Source: a cyanobacterium endosymbiont of Rhopalodia gibba
Lineage (GTDB): Bacteria; Cyanobacteriota; Cyanobacteriia; Cyanobacteriales; Microcystaceae
NCBI GenBank assembly: GCA_045159875.1
Contig: CP067995.1
Span: 1,568,001-1,632,000, forward strand
Length of the DNA stretch: 64,000 bases
Direction of reading: 5' to 3'
The notes under the pieces were generated by a model, which saw nothing but the letters and a program-made list of their open reading frames with translations, was not told the origin of the DNA and ran no database searches. Position numbers and translations under genes: made by a program. How positions within the stretch are numbered: the stretch's first letter is position 1; each line of letters opens with the position of its first letter. This document shows, piece by piece, positions 12,953-24,445 of this stretch.

Positions 12953-13804
12953 CTAAGAATAAATTAACCAAGCAAATTTACCTACACCAAATTTAAAGTA
13001 AAAAAACAGTACAAAAATTAATAAGAGAATTAACAAACTAATTGTTATATAATCTATTTGAGTAAGTAATGATTTATGCAAATAAGTACGATTAGAGCTG
13101 CCAGAAAATGCCTTGGACTGAAGAATTACTTCCAACTTCTGAGACTTAGCCATCGCGTTGAGAATTAGGGTAACTGCAACGGCTGAATACACTTTAATTT
13201 TTGAGATTAATCCAAGTTTTTCTATAGCTAATCCACGTAATTTCTGGGCTTCAATAATAGTTTCAATCTCTCCTAGTAGAAGAGGAAAAAAACGCAATGT
13301 AGAGGAGAAAATAAAAACAATTTTATAAGGTATTTTTGCTCTTGCCATACCTACTACCATTTGGTTGATATCAGTAGTGAAAATAGCTAAAGGGATAATT
13401 AAAATCATTGTTAAAGTTTTAAAGATAATACTTAGAGCATAGATAATCCCTTCTCGATTTATAGAAGCTCCTCCAATCCACCAATAAGTTTGAGGGATAC
13501 TAAAAATAGGTGTTAAAGTATTTCTGTTAATTAAAGTTTCAACTTGGTCAACGTTAAAAAAACCCATAGTTATTAAGAGAAAAATATAAAAAGGAAACAT
13601 TACTTTTAGAACCAGTCTAAAATAGCCTAAGCTAATACCAGCTAATAAACAAGCAAAAGCAACAGATAAAGCAAGAATTCCTCCAGTAATAGGACTGTCC
13701 CAGATAAAAGCAATTAGAGTGATTATGACAATCATCACTAGTTTAGTTCGAAAATCTAAACGATTGAAAAAGGTATCGTGTTCAACAGATTCAAATTTAA
13801 ACAT
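12953..13804 (-). CDS. ecfT: ECF transporter transmembrane T component
   Basis: RLDFRTKL N-terminus, LRFFPLL...IIEAQKLRG coupling helix; follows the ECF ATPase. Confidence 0.9.
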   Translation of the reverse strand: MFKFESVEHDTFFNRLDFRTKLVMIVIITLIAFIWDSPITGGILALSVAFACLLAGISLGYFRLVLKVMFPFYIFLLITMGFFNVDQVETLINRNTLTPIFSIPQTYWWIGGASINREGIIYALSIIFKTLTMILIIPLAIFTTDINQMVVGMARAKIPYKIVFIFSSTLRFFPLLLGEIETIIEAQKLRGLAIEKLGLISKIKVYSAVAVTLILNAMAKSQKLEVILQSKAFSGSSNRTYLHKSLLTQIDYITISLLILLLIFVLFFYFKFGVGKFAWLIYS

Positions 13805-13832
13805 AGGATTATTATTGATAATTGATAATAGC

Positions 13833-15542
13833 TTAAAAACAGTTAGTTAATTCAATAGGAGTTAATACACGATAATTTTGTTCTGAAAATTGACTAAGAG
13901 TTTTCCCTAAAAAAACGACTTGGGGAGGAGTGAGATAAGTAGACTTTAGTAAGTTGATTTCATAATAAGCTTCACGAATAGGAGCATCCAGTAAAATAGT
14001 TCCTTTACCCATTATAATTGCGCGTTGAGCGTAGTCTGGCATTAAATATAAATGATGGGTAATAACAATAACAGTTTTTCCCATTTTGTGTAGCTGACGA
14101 CTCATTTCTAAAATAGCAAGAGAACCATGATAATCTTGACCAGTTGTCGGTTCATCAAGAATAATGATATTAGGTTCCATCGCCAAAATAGCAGCAATTA
14201 CAATTCGAGCGCGATCGCCCTTTGGCAGGGATAAAGGATGGACATGGCGATATTTTAACAAGCCCATTATTTCTAAACTTTTATTAACCTCTTTGTTAAT
14301 TTTCTTAGAAGAATAGTTTAGATTTTCCAAGGCAAATGAAACTTCTTTTTCTACTGTCATATTAAAGATTTGGTTGTCTGGATTTTGCCCGACGTAGCCA
14401 ATAAAACAAGACAATTCACTAACAGAAAAATTTCTAATATCTTGCTCACGTATTTTAACAATTCCTTCGGAAGGAGATAACAGATTTAAAAAATGTTTAA
14501 CTAAAGTACTTTTTCCTGCTCCATTTTGACCCGCAATTAATACATATTCTCCTTGATAAATATCTAACGAAACTTGGTGTAAAGCTTTTGTTCCATCCTT
14601 ATAAATATAAGTTAAATTTTCAGTTGAAAGAACTAATTTTTCTCTATCTTGAGCGTAGGTGTTAGGCAGAGTGAATGATGGCGCAATAGGCCAATTCTTT
14701 TGTATCTGTTTGAGAGCGGAAAGTCCTTCATCAAGTGTGGTAGGAATTCGAGGAACTGTAATTCCTTTTTGACTAATGTGGTAGAAAGTTTGAGCAACTT
14801 CGGGGGGACGTAAATTTTGAGCTTGAAGGAGTTCAATTTCTGAGTAAATTTGTTCAGGAGAACCGATGCTTAACAATTTCCCCTCTGATAGTATGGCAAT
14901 GCGATCACTAAATTCAGCCATCTCTTCTGCAGCATGGGACACCATAATAATGGTGACTCCTAATTCCCGGTTTAATTCCTTGACAATAGCAAACACTTCT
15001 TGGGAACCAATGGGATCTAATTGAGAGGTGGGTTCATCGAGGATCAATAACCTAGGTTGTAAGGCCAAGGCTGCGGCGATTGCTAACCTCTGTTTTTGTC
15101 CCCCTGACAATTCTTGAGGATGTTTCTCTTGAGTTCCTTCAAGTCGAACCGCGGCTAACACCCGGGGAATACGAGTAATAATTTCATCAGGTTCCACAAG
15201 GAGATTTTCTAAGGCAAAGGCGATTTCATTTTCTACCGAAGTTGACAGTAGTTGAGTTTCAGGATCTTCAAAAACTGCTCCCACATACTGCGCTAAGGTA
15301 CTGACTGTTTGTTCTATGGTATCAAGTCCCCCGACGGTAACGTAACCAAAAAAACGACCCCCATAAAATTGGGGAACAATCCCATTAAGAGTTAAACAAA
15401 GAGTAGTTTTTCCGGCACCAGTTGGACCAATAATGCCCAGAAATTCCCCTTGAACAATATCTAATGAAATATTTTCAAGGACTGGTTTGGAGCAATTGGG
15501 ATAAAGATAAGAGACATTTTCTAAACTAGCAATCACATCCAT
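13833..15542 (-). CDS. ECF transporter ATPase with two fused ABC domains
   Basis: Two Walker A motifs (GPTGAGKT, GQNGAGKS), LSGGQKQR and two LDEPT Walker B motifs; start set to the ATG at 15542. Confidence 0.92.
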   Translation of the reverse strand: MDVIASLENVSYLYPNCSKPVLENISLDIVQGEFLGIIGPTGAGKTTLCLTLNGIVPQFYGGRFFGYVTVGGLDTIEQTVSTLAQYVGAVFEDPETQLLSTSVENEIAFALENLLVEPDEIITRIPRVLAAVRLEGTQEKHPQELSGGQKQRLAIAAALALQPRLLILDEPTSQLDPIGSQEVFAIVKELNRELGVTIIMVSHAAEEMAEFSDRIAILSEGKLLSIGSPEQIYSEIELLQAQNLRPPEVAQTFYHISQKGITVPRIPTTLDEGLSALKQIQKNWPIAPSFTLPNTYAQDREKLVLSTENLTYIYKDGTKALHQVSLDIYQGEYVLIAGQNGAGKSTLVKHFLNLLSPSEGIVKIREQDIRNFSVSELSCFIGYVGQNPDNQIFNMTVEKEVSFALENLNYSSKKINKEVNKSLEIMGLLKYRHVHPLSLPKGDRARIVIAAILAMEPNIIILDEPTTGQDYHGSLAILEMSRQLHKMGKTVIVITHHLYLMPDYAQRAIIMGKGTILLDAPIREAYYEINLLKSTYLTPPQVVFLGKTLSQFSEQNYRVLTPIELTNCF

Positions 15543-15604
15543 AATTATTTCGATAAAATAGACAAACAAAGGAAAATATATTTACTTCTGCTTTTTACCT
15601 TCGA

Positions 15605-16390
15605 TTAATAAATAGCTTGTTTAGGTTTCATCAAACCAATAACTCGTAAACCAGAAATAACTCTAATGCCGATAAATGCTCCTATCAAAGAACGGATTAA
15701 GTTTTCTAACGGTATAATAGGAGCTAAAAATAGCCAAGTTTCTTCGGGCCAGTTAAACATATAGTAGGTAATAACAACTTGACCTAGGTGAGATACTCCC
15801 ATGACCATCCAAGTCCCCAAAAACAGCCCAACAGTTACCAAGAAAGGTTTCTGACTATTAATACATTGTGCAATCAAAGAACAGGTGGGCAAAGCAAACA
15901 ATAAAATACCTGACCAGTCAATAAAAGAACCGGCAATAATTGTTGGAAGAGAAACCCCATTAGAAAGAGCATGGTGAGTATATAAAAATAACTCAATTAC
16001 AAAAATAAGGGTCAACACAAAACGCCAACATGTATTTCCCTTTCCTGAAGACATTACACCGGACGTAAAACTAGCTATCACTGCTCCCCAAATAGAAATC
16101 AGAGGGATTCCTGCAGTATGAGGTGCGAGAAACACACCAATAAGAGTCCCCATTCCACTGGTTATCGCTCCAGCTAATGGACCTAGTAACCACCCAACTA
16201 AGGGAAAAATCCCCTGACTCATAGGAAACAACCCTCCCGAACCAATGGTTATGGAAAAAGGAACAAATGCGAGAACTGTAACTACAGTGGACAAGACCAC
16301 AATGTAATTTAAGGGAGTGCCATTGATGGAGGCTACCCCCGAAGTTTTAACTTCTCTTTCTTTGCCTTTAAGAAGTGTTAGGGATGACAT
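15605..16390 (-). CDS. ECF transporter substrate-binding S component, substrate unknown
   Basis: 261-aa multi-TM protein with GWLLGPLAGAITSGMGTLIG (S-component-like), first gene of the S-AA-T operon. Confidence 0.75.
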   Translation of the reverse strand: MSSLTLLKGKEREVKTSGVASINGTPLNYIVVLSTVVTVLAFVPFSITIGSGGLFPMSQGIFPLVGWLLGPLAGAITSGMGTLIGVFLAPHTAGIPLISIWGAVIASFTSGVMSSGKGNTCWRFVLTLIFVIELFLYTHHALSNGVSLPTIIAGSFIDWSGILLFALPTCSLIAQCINSQKPFLVTVGLFLGTWMVMGVSHLGQVVITYYMFNWPEETWLFLAPIIPLENLIRSLIGAFIGIRVISGLRVIGLMKPKQAIY

Positions 16391-16984
16391 AGCTGGTTAA
16401 TGTTATAACTTTTTTATTCTAAACTGTCTTTGAGCAGTTCCGGCGAATTCATTAGTTGAGGAGAAAAACATGCCATCAAATAAAAGAGCAATATATAATA
16501 TTTTATGTTTAAAAAAGAGTCCAAAGATGGCATCACTGTAATAATAGTTAATTAACTATCAATCTTCCTAAATGACCTGGATAATTTATTCTAACTATAG
16601 ACTTTAAGAATTTAATCAATTGCAGATATCGCGTTAATAATAATATTGGTAACTTCTGATGATGATCGGTAAAATAGTTTTTTTAATGAGGACAAATAGA
16701 AGATTAAGATTGAATTTTTTTAAACCACTAACTATAGTAACATCAATTATTTTAAGCAACATAAGAAGAAAATAATTAACTTTGTGGATGATCATCACTA
16801 TATTTTCTGTTTTCAATTTTAGACTAACTCGGCTAACGCCTAATAATTTTACTGAGGAAACTATAAACAATTGCTTTAGATAAAGTAAGGTAAATCATTA
16901 TTATGAATGACCAACAAGTTCCTAGTGGAAATCAAATTTTCATCCAAAGCTATAGTAAATATCATCTTCAAAAAAAATTAAGGA

Positions 16985-17026
16985 CAATTCCACAATTACT
17001 AAATTAATTTAGTAATTGTGGAATTG
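16985..17026. repeat. Perfect 42-bp palindrome, no spacer
   Basis: caattccacaattactaaatt|aatttagtaattgtggaattg. Confidence 0.95.
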
Positions 17027-18701
17027 AGTACTTGTTTAAAGCTGAGTCTCTTGGAGTTAATTTATTTGTCCTTTATGAATTATCTTAGATATTTCAGTAT
17101 TTACGATTTAGTAATATACAGGTAAGTTTATTTCTCAGCTTATCATTTATCTATAGTTAGGACTTTTTCCGATAAACCACGTCAATAATTACAATATCTA
17201 GTTATTTTTTTAAGTCTTTTTTTGACATTGTTTTGATTGATATTTATTTACTATTTAGGCTAGTCCTGGGACCAGCCTAAATAGGCAGGTTTTTCAGACA
17301 AACAAGATTTCTCTTATGAGTAAAATATATTCACTGATAATTCTGACTCTCTAAAGCTAAAAATCTTAGATAACTGCTTTATGACCTCAGAAAATACAAC
17401 TTTATCCTTAAATTAGATACTTATCAATCTTCAAAATTAATGCCTACCAATACTACCTTCTCACTACAGGAAAAAGAAAAGTTACTAACTAAATATTAAA
17501 CATGGAGTTAAACAGCAATGTTTCCAGTGATACCATTGTTTCTGTGTTAAATACAATAAGTGATGTAGAAAAAACAGAAAAGATTGTCTGTATTGAGAGT
17601 GCTTCATAAAAATTTTATGGACTGAAATAAATTCGTAAAACTTGTCTCAAATCTTTATCAGTAGTAGTACCATGAAACGGGTTACTTCTTTTGCTAAAGT
17701 TGACATACAAAAAGAAAAATAGAAAATACAATTTTTAGTTCTTTTTTATGGATGTGTATTTAGAAAATTAGCATAGTATAGTTGAATTATTCAGATCTAG
17801 AGAGTTACTTTTCCTATGCTGGTATTCATGATATGACTAACAAGACATTGTTACTTTAGATTAAACAATATGTTTACTGATAATGAATTAGATAATACTT
17901 ATAAAGTCCGTTCCTATTTTTTAGCTGATACTAATTAACTAAAAGCTTGTGTATCAAAAATTATCTTTAATTTTGGCATTTTATATTTTCTATGGGTTTG
18001 AAAGTTCAGTTTTAAATCTCCTAATATTTTAGCGACAAATAATGGTAATGTATTTTGCGCCTATCACCTTTTGCTCTAGAACAATAAAAAGCTTTTATAA
18101 AATATTATATCGTTATGTCGATGCATTTTGAGGATTTAAAGAAGCTATCTTCAATCTAACGAATAGAGATTTGATATAAAAACTTGGTTTGTCTCTCTTG
18201 TTTTTAATTATAGAAGTCTTTAAGTAAAGTACTGCTTTGGAAAGTTATTTTTAGCTCTAATTACTTAGAAATTTATAAAGCAGAATGTAGCGGTTTATGG
18301 CAACAAGCCCATCAATAAATTACACTTTAAAGTATTAATACCTATAACAGAAAAAATTAATTTATATTTTTTAACTGAAAAATATTAAAATTAGTTAATT
18401 GAGCTACAAAAATTATTTTTATACAATTTTTTTAGCTAAATTAACCGACAAATAAACTCTGTATTGAGATAACTTAGACAAATAAATAGCCTTATGTAAA
18501 ATATTAAATTTACTTTTCCATCACTCCCAAGAAAATTATCGATATAGAGAAGATGTTCCAATCTAAACATTTAGTATTATTCCTGTTGGTCATTTATCTT
18601 TTAACCTTAGAGCGGTATAAGATAAAATTGATTTTAATCTCGTTAATTTGGAACAAAATGAGAGAAACTACGTCAACTTCCATTGAGAGGAGGATAGCTT
18701 C

Positions 18702-19751
18702 ATGAGCACCCTATTGCGTGATTTTTGGTATGTCGCTTTACCTGGTAAACAATTAAGACCAGGTGAAATGGTTCATAAGAAAATGCTCGGCGAACCCATT
18801 TTAGTTGGACGGCGTAAAGATGGGGAAGTATTTGCTATGCGTGATATTTGCCCCCATCGAGGAATCCCCTTGCAATATGGATGGATGGAAGGGGACAATG
18901 TATGTTGTCGTTACCATGGTTGGAAGTTTAGCACTCATAATGGGAGTTGTAAGGAAATTCCTTCTTTAACTGAACATGACGATTTAGATATTAGTCGTAT
19001 TCGGGTTCCTACCTATGCTTGCCGAGAAGTTCAAGGAAATATCTGGGTCTATTTTGCGACGGATACTGACAGAGAAACTGATTTAGCTAAAATTCCCCCA
19101 GTTCCTACTATCCCAGATTTTGGTAGGGTCGAACCTGGAATTTCCGAAGTCATCCATTTTACCTGTAATATTGACCACGCTATTATTGGACTAATGGATC
19201 CAGCCCACGGTCCTCACATTCATAGTTCTTGGTGGTGGCGTAGTGGTCCACAAAAATTTCGAGTTAAAGAAAAGCAATATGAACCTGTTACTCAAGGATT
19301 TCGTCTTGTCCCCTATGATATGCCGGTGAGTGCACGCCCTTATAAACTCTTAGGAGATAAGGTTTCTATTGAAATTATCTTTCAATTACCGAGTGTACGA
19401 ACAGAAATTTTAAGAGGTGATCGCTATTCTGCCTGTTTATTAACCACTATTACTCCTATTGATGAAAACGAATGTGAGGCTTTTCAGAGCATTTATTGGA
19501 CTATTCCTTGGATAGGAGTTTTTAAACCTTTATTGGGGTTCTTAACCCGTCAATTTCTGACACAAGATCGTGATGCGGTAATTCAACAAGGAGAAGGGCT
19601 AAGCCACAATCCTGCATTAATGTTGATTGATGATGCAGATACTCAAGCAAAATGGTATTTTCGTCTAAAACAAGAATATCAAAAGTCTAAAGCAGAAAAT
19701 CGACTCTTCAAGAATCCAGTAGAACCGAGAATATTACGCTGGCGTAGTTAA
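18702..19751 (+). CDS. Rieske [2Fe-2S] non-heme iron oxygenase (VanA/PaO-like alpha subunit)
   Basis: CPHRG...CCRYHGW Rieske motif, DPAHGPHIH mononuclear iron motif; SD gaggagg upstream. Confidence 0.9.
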   Translation: MSTLLRDFWYVALPGKQLRPGEMVHKKMLGEPILVGRRKDGEVFAMRDICPHRGIPLQYGWMEGDNVCCRYHGWKFSTHNGSCKEIPSLTEHDDLDISRIRVPTYACREVQGNIWVYFATDTDRETDLAKIPPVPTIPDFGRVEPGISEVIHFTCNIDHAIIGLMDPAHGPHIHSSWWWRSGPQKFRVKEKQYEPVTQGFRLVPYDMPVSARPYKLLGDKVSIEIIFQLPSVRTEILRGDRYSACLLTTITPIDENECEAFQSIYWTIPWIGVFKPLLGFLTRQFLTQDRDAVIQQGEGLSHNPALMLIDDADTQAKWYFRLKQEYQKSKAENRLFKNPVEPRILRWRS

Positions 19752-19843
19752 AAAAACGGATGAGGTTTCTAAGATTATCGAATGTACTGAGCATAATAAA
19801 GCAGTCACCAATAATTTCTAGGATTTTTCTTGTAGAATCTTCT

Positions 19844-19887
19844 AATTCCAAGAACTAGATTTTCATAAAGATCTAGTTCTTGGAATT
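19844..19887. repeat. Inverted repeat, 17-bp arms, 10-nt spacer
   Basis: aattccaagaactagat-tttcataaag-atctagttcttggaatt; may also terminate the Rieske gene. Confidence 0.9.
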
Positions 19888-20204
19888 TTGAGAACCTTGT
19901 AAAGCTGAACTTTTAACCTTTTTACATTTAGGTTTCGTTACAGTTGGTATAGAAGAACCATAAAAAAATATATATATCTAAAAAATTACCTTTTAATTTA
20001 AATAGTATTGAAGACTTTTCTATTACATGATGTACTCAATTTAAAAATCGCGATATAGATATAGTCTGTAGATTCATGGCAATTCAAGTCTAGACTGGAG
20101 GAAACTTTTTATCTCAAACCTAAGTAGAAAAATAATTTTTCTTCTAAATTGACAACTTCTAACCCTCTTTGCTTTAAAAACACTTCTAGATAAGAGATAT
20201 TCAG

Positions 20205-21130
20205 CGAATGTAGCAGTCAATGACTGCAGGATTTGAATGTAAAACTACCTAAAAAATTACCTTCTATTTTACGGTAAATTAGGACAGCAATTACTTCCCA
20301 TTGCTTTGAGTTCTCAGTATTCAAGTCCTTGTTTTATTTGATTAGTAACACGATCATTATTGGCTTACTCTCAGCCATAGCTTATACTCTAGATTCTTAG
20401 GTTTTTTAGCCTATTTTTTTGATAACACATAGAACTATATTTTAGGGATTATTTATAGTTAGTCATGATTGTAGTTACGGTTTATTTTTTTACTACAAAT
20501 GGCTTAGCCAGTTTATTGGATACTTTGGCAACACCCTGATCTCAGTACCTTTTCATGGCTAGCATATTAGCCATTGTAATCATCATAGAAATACAGAAAA
20601 TATTGACACCAATCAAAGTTAGCCTCTAATGACAGAAGGCAGATATCTTTTAATGTTTGAATAAAAAAATAGCTCTCTTTAAACCAGTTTTATTTATCTA
20701 TTCGGTCTTTTTAAGCGGTTTACAGTAAAATAAAAAAATTATGGTAATTCTAATATTTTTATATTTATGTGTTTTTTTTCTAAAAATAGGACATAATCAT
20801 AAGTGATATTGACTGAATTAAAGTAATAATTATTATAGTTTTTTTGGCTTATCAATAAAATTTGATACAACTACTTAAATATTATTTCTATTTTTATGTA
20901 TTCTTTGTAAGATAGTTAAATCTGAGTACTTATTTACATCATAAAACTTCCGAGATTACTTGGTATCTCCGATGTAGTTAATCACATCTTTTTGGCTATT
21001 TTTCATTTTTATTTTAAAACTATTGCTGACGCGATTAAACCAATTTCAGAGGACTACTATCAGAAGTTTAATCGCTTAACTATTAAGGGTTTATTCCGTC
21101 ATTATAAAGTTTATTTTGTCGTTTTTTATA
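20205..21130 (+). pseudogene. desB: Omega-3 fatty acid desaturase, degraded
   Basis: Remnants TAITSHCFEFSVFKSLFY, LFIVSHDCSYG (His box 1) and VPFHG*HISHCNHHRNTENIDTNQS (His box 2). Confidence 0.8.
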
Positions 21131-21403
21131 GTGGAAGTAAGGTTTATTGTCAACTCAAGAAATTATAAATATTTTTCGAATTGATAACTAAAATTTGAGG
21201 TAATTTTTAGTTTTTATCTGATAAAATAGATTATATAAAAAAAATTATATGTATTTCAAAGTAGAGGTTAGTAATCATTAATTTCTACTCTTAAATATCT
21301 AGATTTTAATTGGATTAAATTGATAAAATTTTAAAAAACTTTTATTTTTTGTACTGGTAGTTCGTTTTCTCGAAAGAATATATAAGATAGGTTAAAAAAC
21401 TTA

Positions 21404-21459
21404 CTCACTTAAGAGTTAAACGGCTTAAATTATTTTAAGCCGTTTAACTCTTAAGTGAG
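21404..21459. repeat. Perfect inverted repeat, 26-bp arms, 4-nt spacer
   Basis: ctcacttaagagttaaacggcttaaa-ttat-tttaagccgtttaactcttaagtgag. Confidence 0.95.
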
Positions 21460-22409
21460 GTAGCCTGTAGTATTTATAGATTCCATTCCTAGAGAATTAT
21501 CAAGCATTTTAAGTAATCTATTTATTTTTTATATTTTACTTTTTTTAATTCCTATATTTACTTATTTATTTGAATCTACTCTTAGTAGAGAATGACTCGT
21601 TCTTATCTTAACAGGAGTAACTGAATCAGTTATAAATTATTTTAATGACTGAGGTTTTTAAGTATTTGCTTTTTGGACTAAACTACTCAATATTGTTTTT
21701 ATTGATTGTTTATACGTTCAATATTTTAAACTACATTATTTATGCAATTATTTAAAATTTTTTAATAGTTTTTGCATTGATACATTTTAGTTTATTTATT
21801 TGCCCCAAAAAGCTTAGCTCTTCTATAGATTTTCCTCCACATTGACTATGTCTTATTTGGGAAGAACTAATTTCAAGATAGATAGTTTTATATTCTATAA
21901 GAAAATATTTAATGCTTAACTATCATATAAATAAAATTTTTTAGTATTTTAATCGCAATAAATATAATTTTATATTCGGTATATTTTTTAAATAAATAAA
22001 ATTACTAAATTTTGTATAATTTATCATTTAATAATGGATAATAGTAATTTTTTATAGATTAAATATCTCGTTTATTGAACTAAGTTTTATGTCTTATATT
22101 ATAGTCATAAATAGAGTAAAAATATTAGAAATAGTATAATTTAATTTCAATAAAAAACTACTAAAATATCTCCCATATAATAATTATAGTTCTTTGTAAG
22201 CTTATCTATTGATACTCAAATTTTATCTTGATATTTTTTATTTCTACAGAATAAGTTTAGTAAGACGAAATTTATTAATAAAATTTAGAGAAATTTTGGA
22301 AAAACCTCGGCAATATTCATTGTAGTAACAGTAAAATCTAAGAGACTATTATTACAATGATAACCTAGAAAATTACTATAAAGTCAATTTTTAGTTAAAA
22401 GTCTTCTTC

Positions 22410-23400
22410 TTCCAATCATTATGATATTAAACAAGTATATCTAAAATTTTATCAAGTAAAGCAAAAGTCCAACAACTGAGTTTATCTTGTTCTATAGACT
22501 ATGAAAATAGTTGTTTAAAAGTTTTACAGGAAGGAATCTTTGATAAATATCATAGATTTGATGAGATAATTCTTTATCTTCATAAAGATAAAACTATTAT
22601 TAGTTTTACTTTATAAACAAAAAAATATAGTTATTAGAGTCAAAAAAACTTCATTTAGCTCGTTAGTATTAGTAATAAATCTCTGATAAACTTAGCTACT
22701 ATAACACCAAATTTATTAAAAGCCCAATACAAGGTTTAACTCTAGACCTCAATCGGGTACAACAATGCTTAAAACAGAATATAATCTAGTAATTCAAACA
22801 ATTAAATAAATCTCAAATATGATATTATCAACTTTAAAAGTTATCTTGTTTTATAATAATACTATTATTGTTTCTAACTTTGTTTTAAATTTAGTCTCTT
22901 TTCAAGAGAGGTGTCAGTTATTTTCTGAACTTTGTCGAGGTTTTAAACTCGGTAAAAAATCTATTTTTTCTGATATTGCCTATAATTAAAATCATACTAT
23001 AAATTATTAATAATCCTAAATTATGGGAGGTGTATTGCTAGAAATTTTTGTAAATATAATTTATTATTTTTTTTAAAATTCAGTAAAATTATATGATATT
23101 TAAATTTTAAAATAAAAAAATATGACAAGTTAGTGATGGGATAGCATTTAGCCATTTAAATATTTGTTTTATTAAAAATAAAGATAAATTTTATTTAAAC
23201 TTTTAGACCTATAAAAGTCAAATTAATGTTAGAATTATTTTTCTAGAACCAATTATTCCTATTTTTACTGGGCAACACAATTATCTCGGTTACACTCATA
23301 CTAACTCAAAGCAGTTGAGAAACAAACTATTATAGTTCTCGAAAACTAAACACAGTCAATTTTATGTTACTAGACAATGTAGAATAATAAAAGCTACTAA
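22410..23400 (+). pseudogene. arsM: ArsM-like SAM-dependent methyltransferase, degraded
   Basis: Remnants YDIKQV, VQQLSLSCSIDYENSCLKVLQEGIFDK, IQGLTLDLNRVQQCLKQN and IVSNFVLNLVSFQERCQLFSELCRGFKLGKKSIFSDI; directly upstream of arsS. Confidence 0.65.
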
Positions 23401-23425
23401 ATTTTATGGAGAAATTAGATTAGAA

Positions 23426-24445
23426 GTGACTATTATAAATTTTTCTAATATAAATTCCTTTGAAAGTAGAATAAAGACCCCTTTGAGTAAGCAAAAAATA
23501 AAAGTTTTACAAATCAATTTAGGTAAAAAATGTAATCTTGCTTGTATTCATTGTCATGTGGAAGCGGGACCAAAACGCACGGAGGAATTATCTCCAGAAG
23601 TTTGTCAGCAATTAATTGACATAATCAACCGTTTTGATCAAATAGAAGCTGTAGATTTAACAGGGGGTGCGCCAGAAATGAATTATGGATTTCGTCCTCT
23701 TGTAGAAACAGCTAGAAATGCGGAAAAACAGGTGATTGTTCGCTCTAATTTGACAATTTACTTTGAACCTGATTTTGAAGATTTACCTGAGTACTGTACT
23801 AAACATCAAGTAAGAATTATTGCTTCTTTTCCCTGTTATTTAGAAAAGAATGTTGACATACAAAGGGGAAAGGGTGTTTATAATAATTCAATTAAAGCTT
23901 TGCAAATTTTAAATAAAAAAGGGTATGGAAATGATCCTAATCTAATCTTAGATTTAGTTTATAACCCACCTATAGCAAGAGATAATAATTTTATTTTGAT
24001 TCCCGAGCAGAATCAATTAGAGAAAGAATATAAATTTTTTTTAAAAACTAAATTTAATATCAATTTTAATAGTCTTTTTACTAGTATTAATATTCCCGTA
24101 GGTAGGACAAAAAAATCTTTGCAAAATCACTATTTATATACTCCTTATCTTAAGTTTTTAGAATCTAATTATAATGAGCTAACAGTGCCTTATTTAATGT
24201 GTAAAAATCAACTCTCAATTGATTATTCTGGTAATGTTTATGATTGTGACTTCAATCAAATGGAGAATATTCATGCAACGAACAAAGATGGGGAAAAACT
24301 GACCATTAATAAACTATTAGCCTTAAGCAATTTAGATATAATTAAAACTATTAAAACTGCCACTTATTGTTATGGATGTACCGCTGGAAATGGTTCGAGT
24401 TGTGAAGGAGCATTAGTCTCAAAAAACAAAAAGATAGTTATTTAA
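23426..24445 (+). CDS. arsS: Arsenosugar biosynthesis radical SAM protein ArsS
   Basis: LQINLGKKCNLACIHCHVEAGP (CX3CX2C), DLTGGAPEMN, YDCDFNQM, C-terminal YCYGCTAGNGSSCEGAL. Confidence 0.88.
   Translation: MTIINFSNINSFESRIKTPLSKQKIKVLQINLGKKCNLACIHCHVEAGPKRTEELSPEVCQQLIDIINRFDQIEAVDLTGGAPEMNYGFRPLVETARNAEKQVIVRSNLTIYFEPDFEDLPEYCTKHQVRIIASFPCYLEKNVDIQRGKGVYNNSIKALQILNKKGYGNDPNLILDLVYNPPIARDNNFILIPEQNQLEKEYKFFLKTKFNINFNSLFTSINIPVGRTKKSLQNHYLYTPYLKFLESNYNELTVPYLMCKNQLSIDYSGNVYDCDFNQMENIHATNKDGEKLTINKLLALSNLDIIKTIKTATYCYGCTAGNGSSCEGALVSKNKKIVI

Noticed and set aside
16391..16630. Riboswitch upstream of the ECF operon
   Set aside because: No TPP, cobalamin, FMN or SAM consensus visible; an Rfam scan would be needed to exclude it fully.
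16634..16870. AT-rich ORFs at 16634, 28740, 34669, 53991 and 55906
   Set aside because: Low-complexity I/L/K/F/N composition, or overlap with relics; likely chance ORFs.
21500..22400. TVP38/TMEM64 or arsenosugar glycosyltransferase relics upstream of arsM
   Set aside because: Plausible from context but too degraded to recognise motifs reliably.
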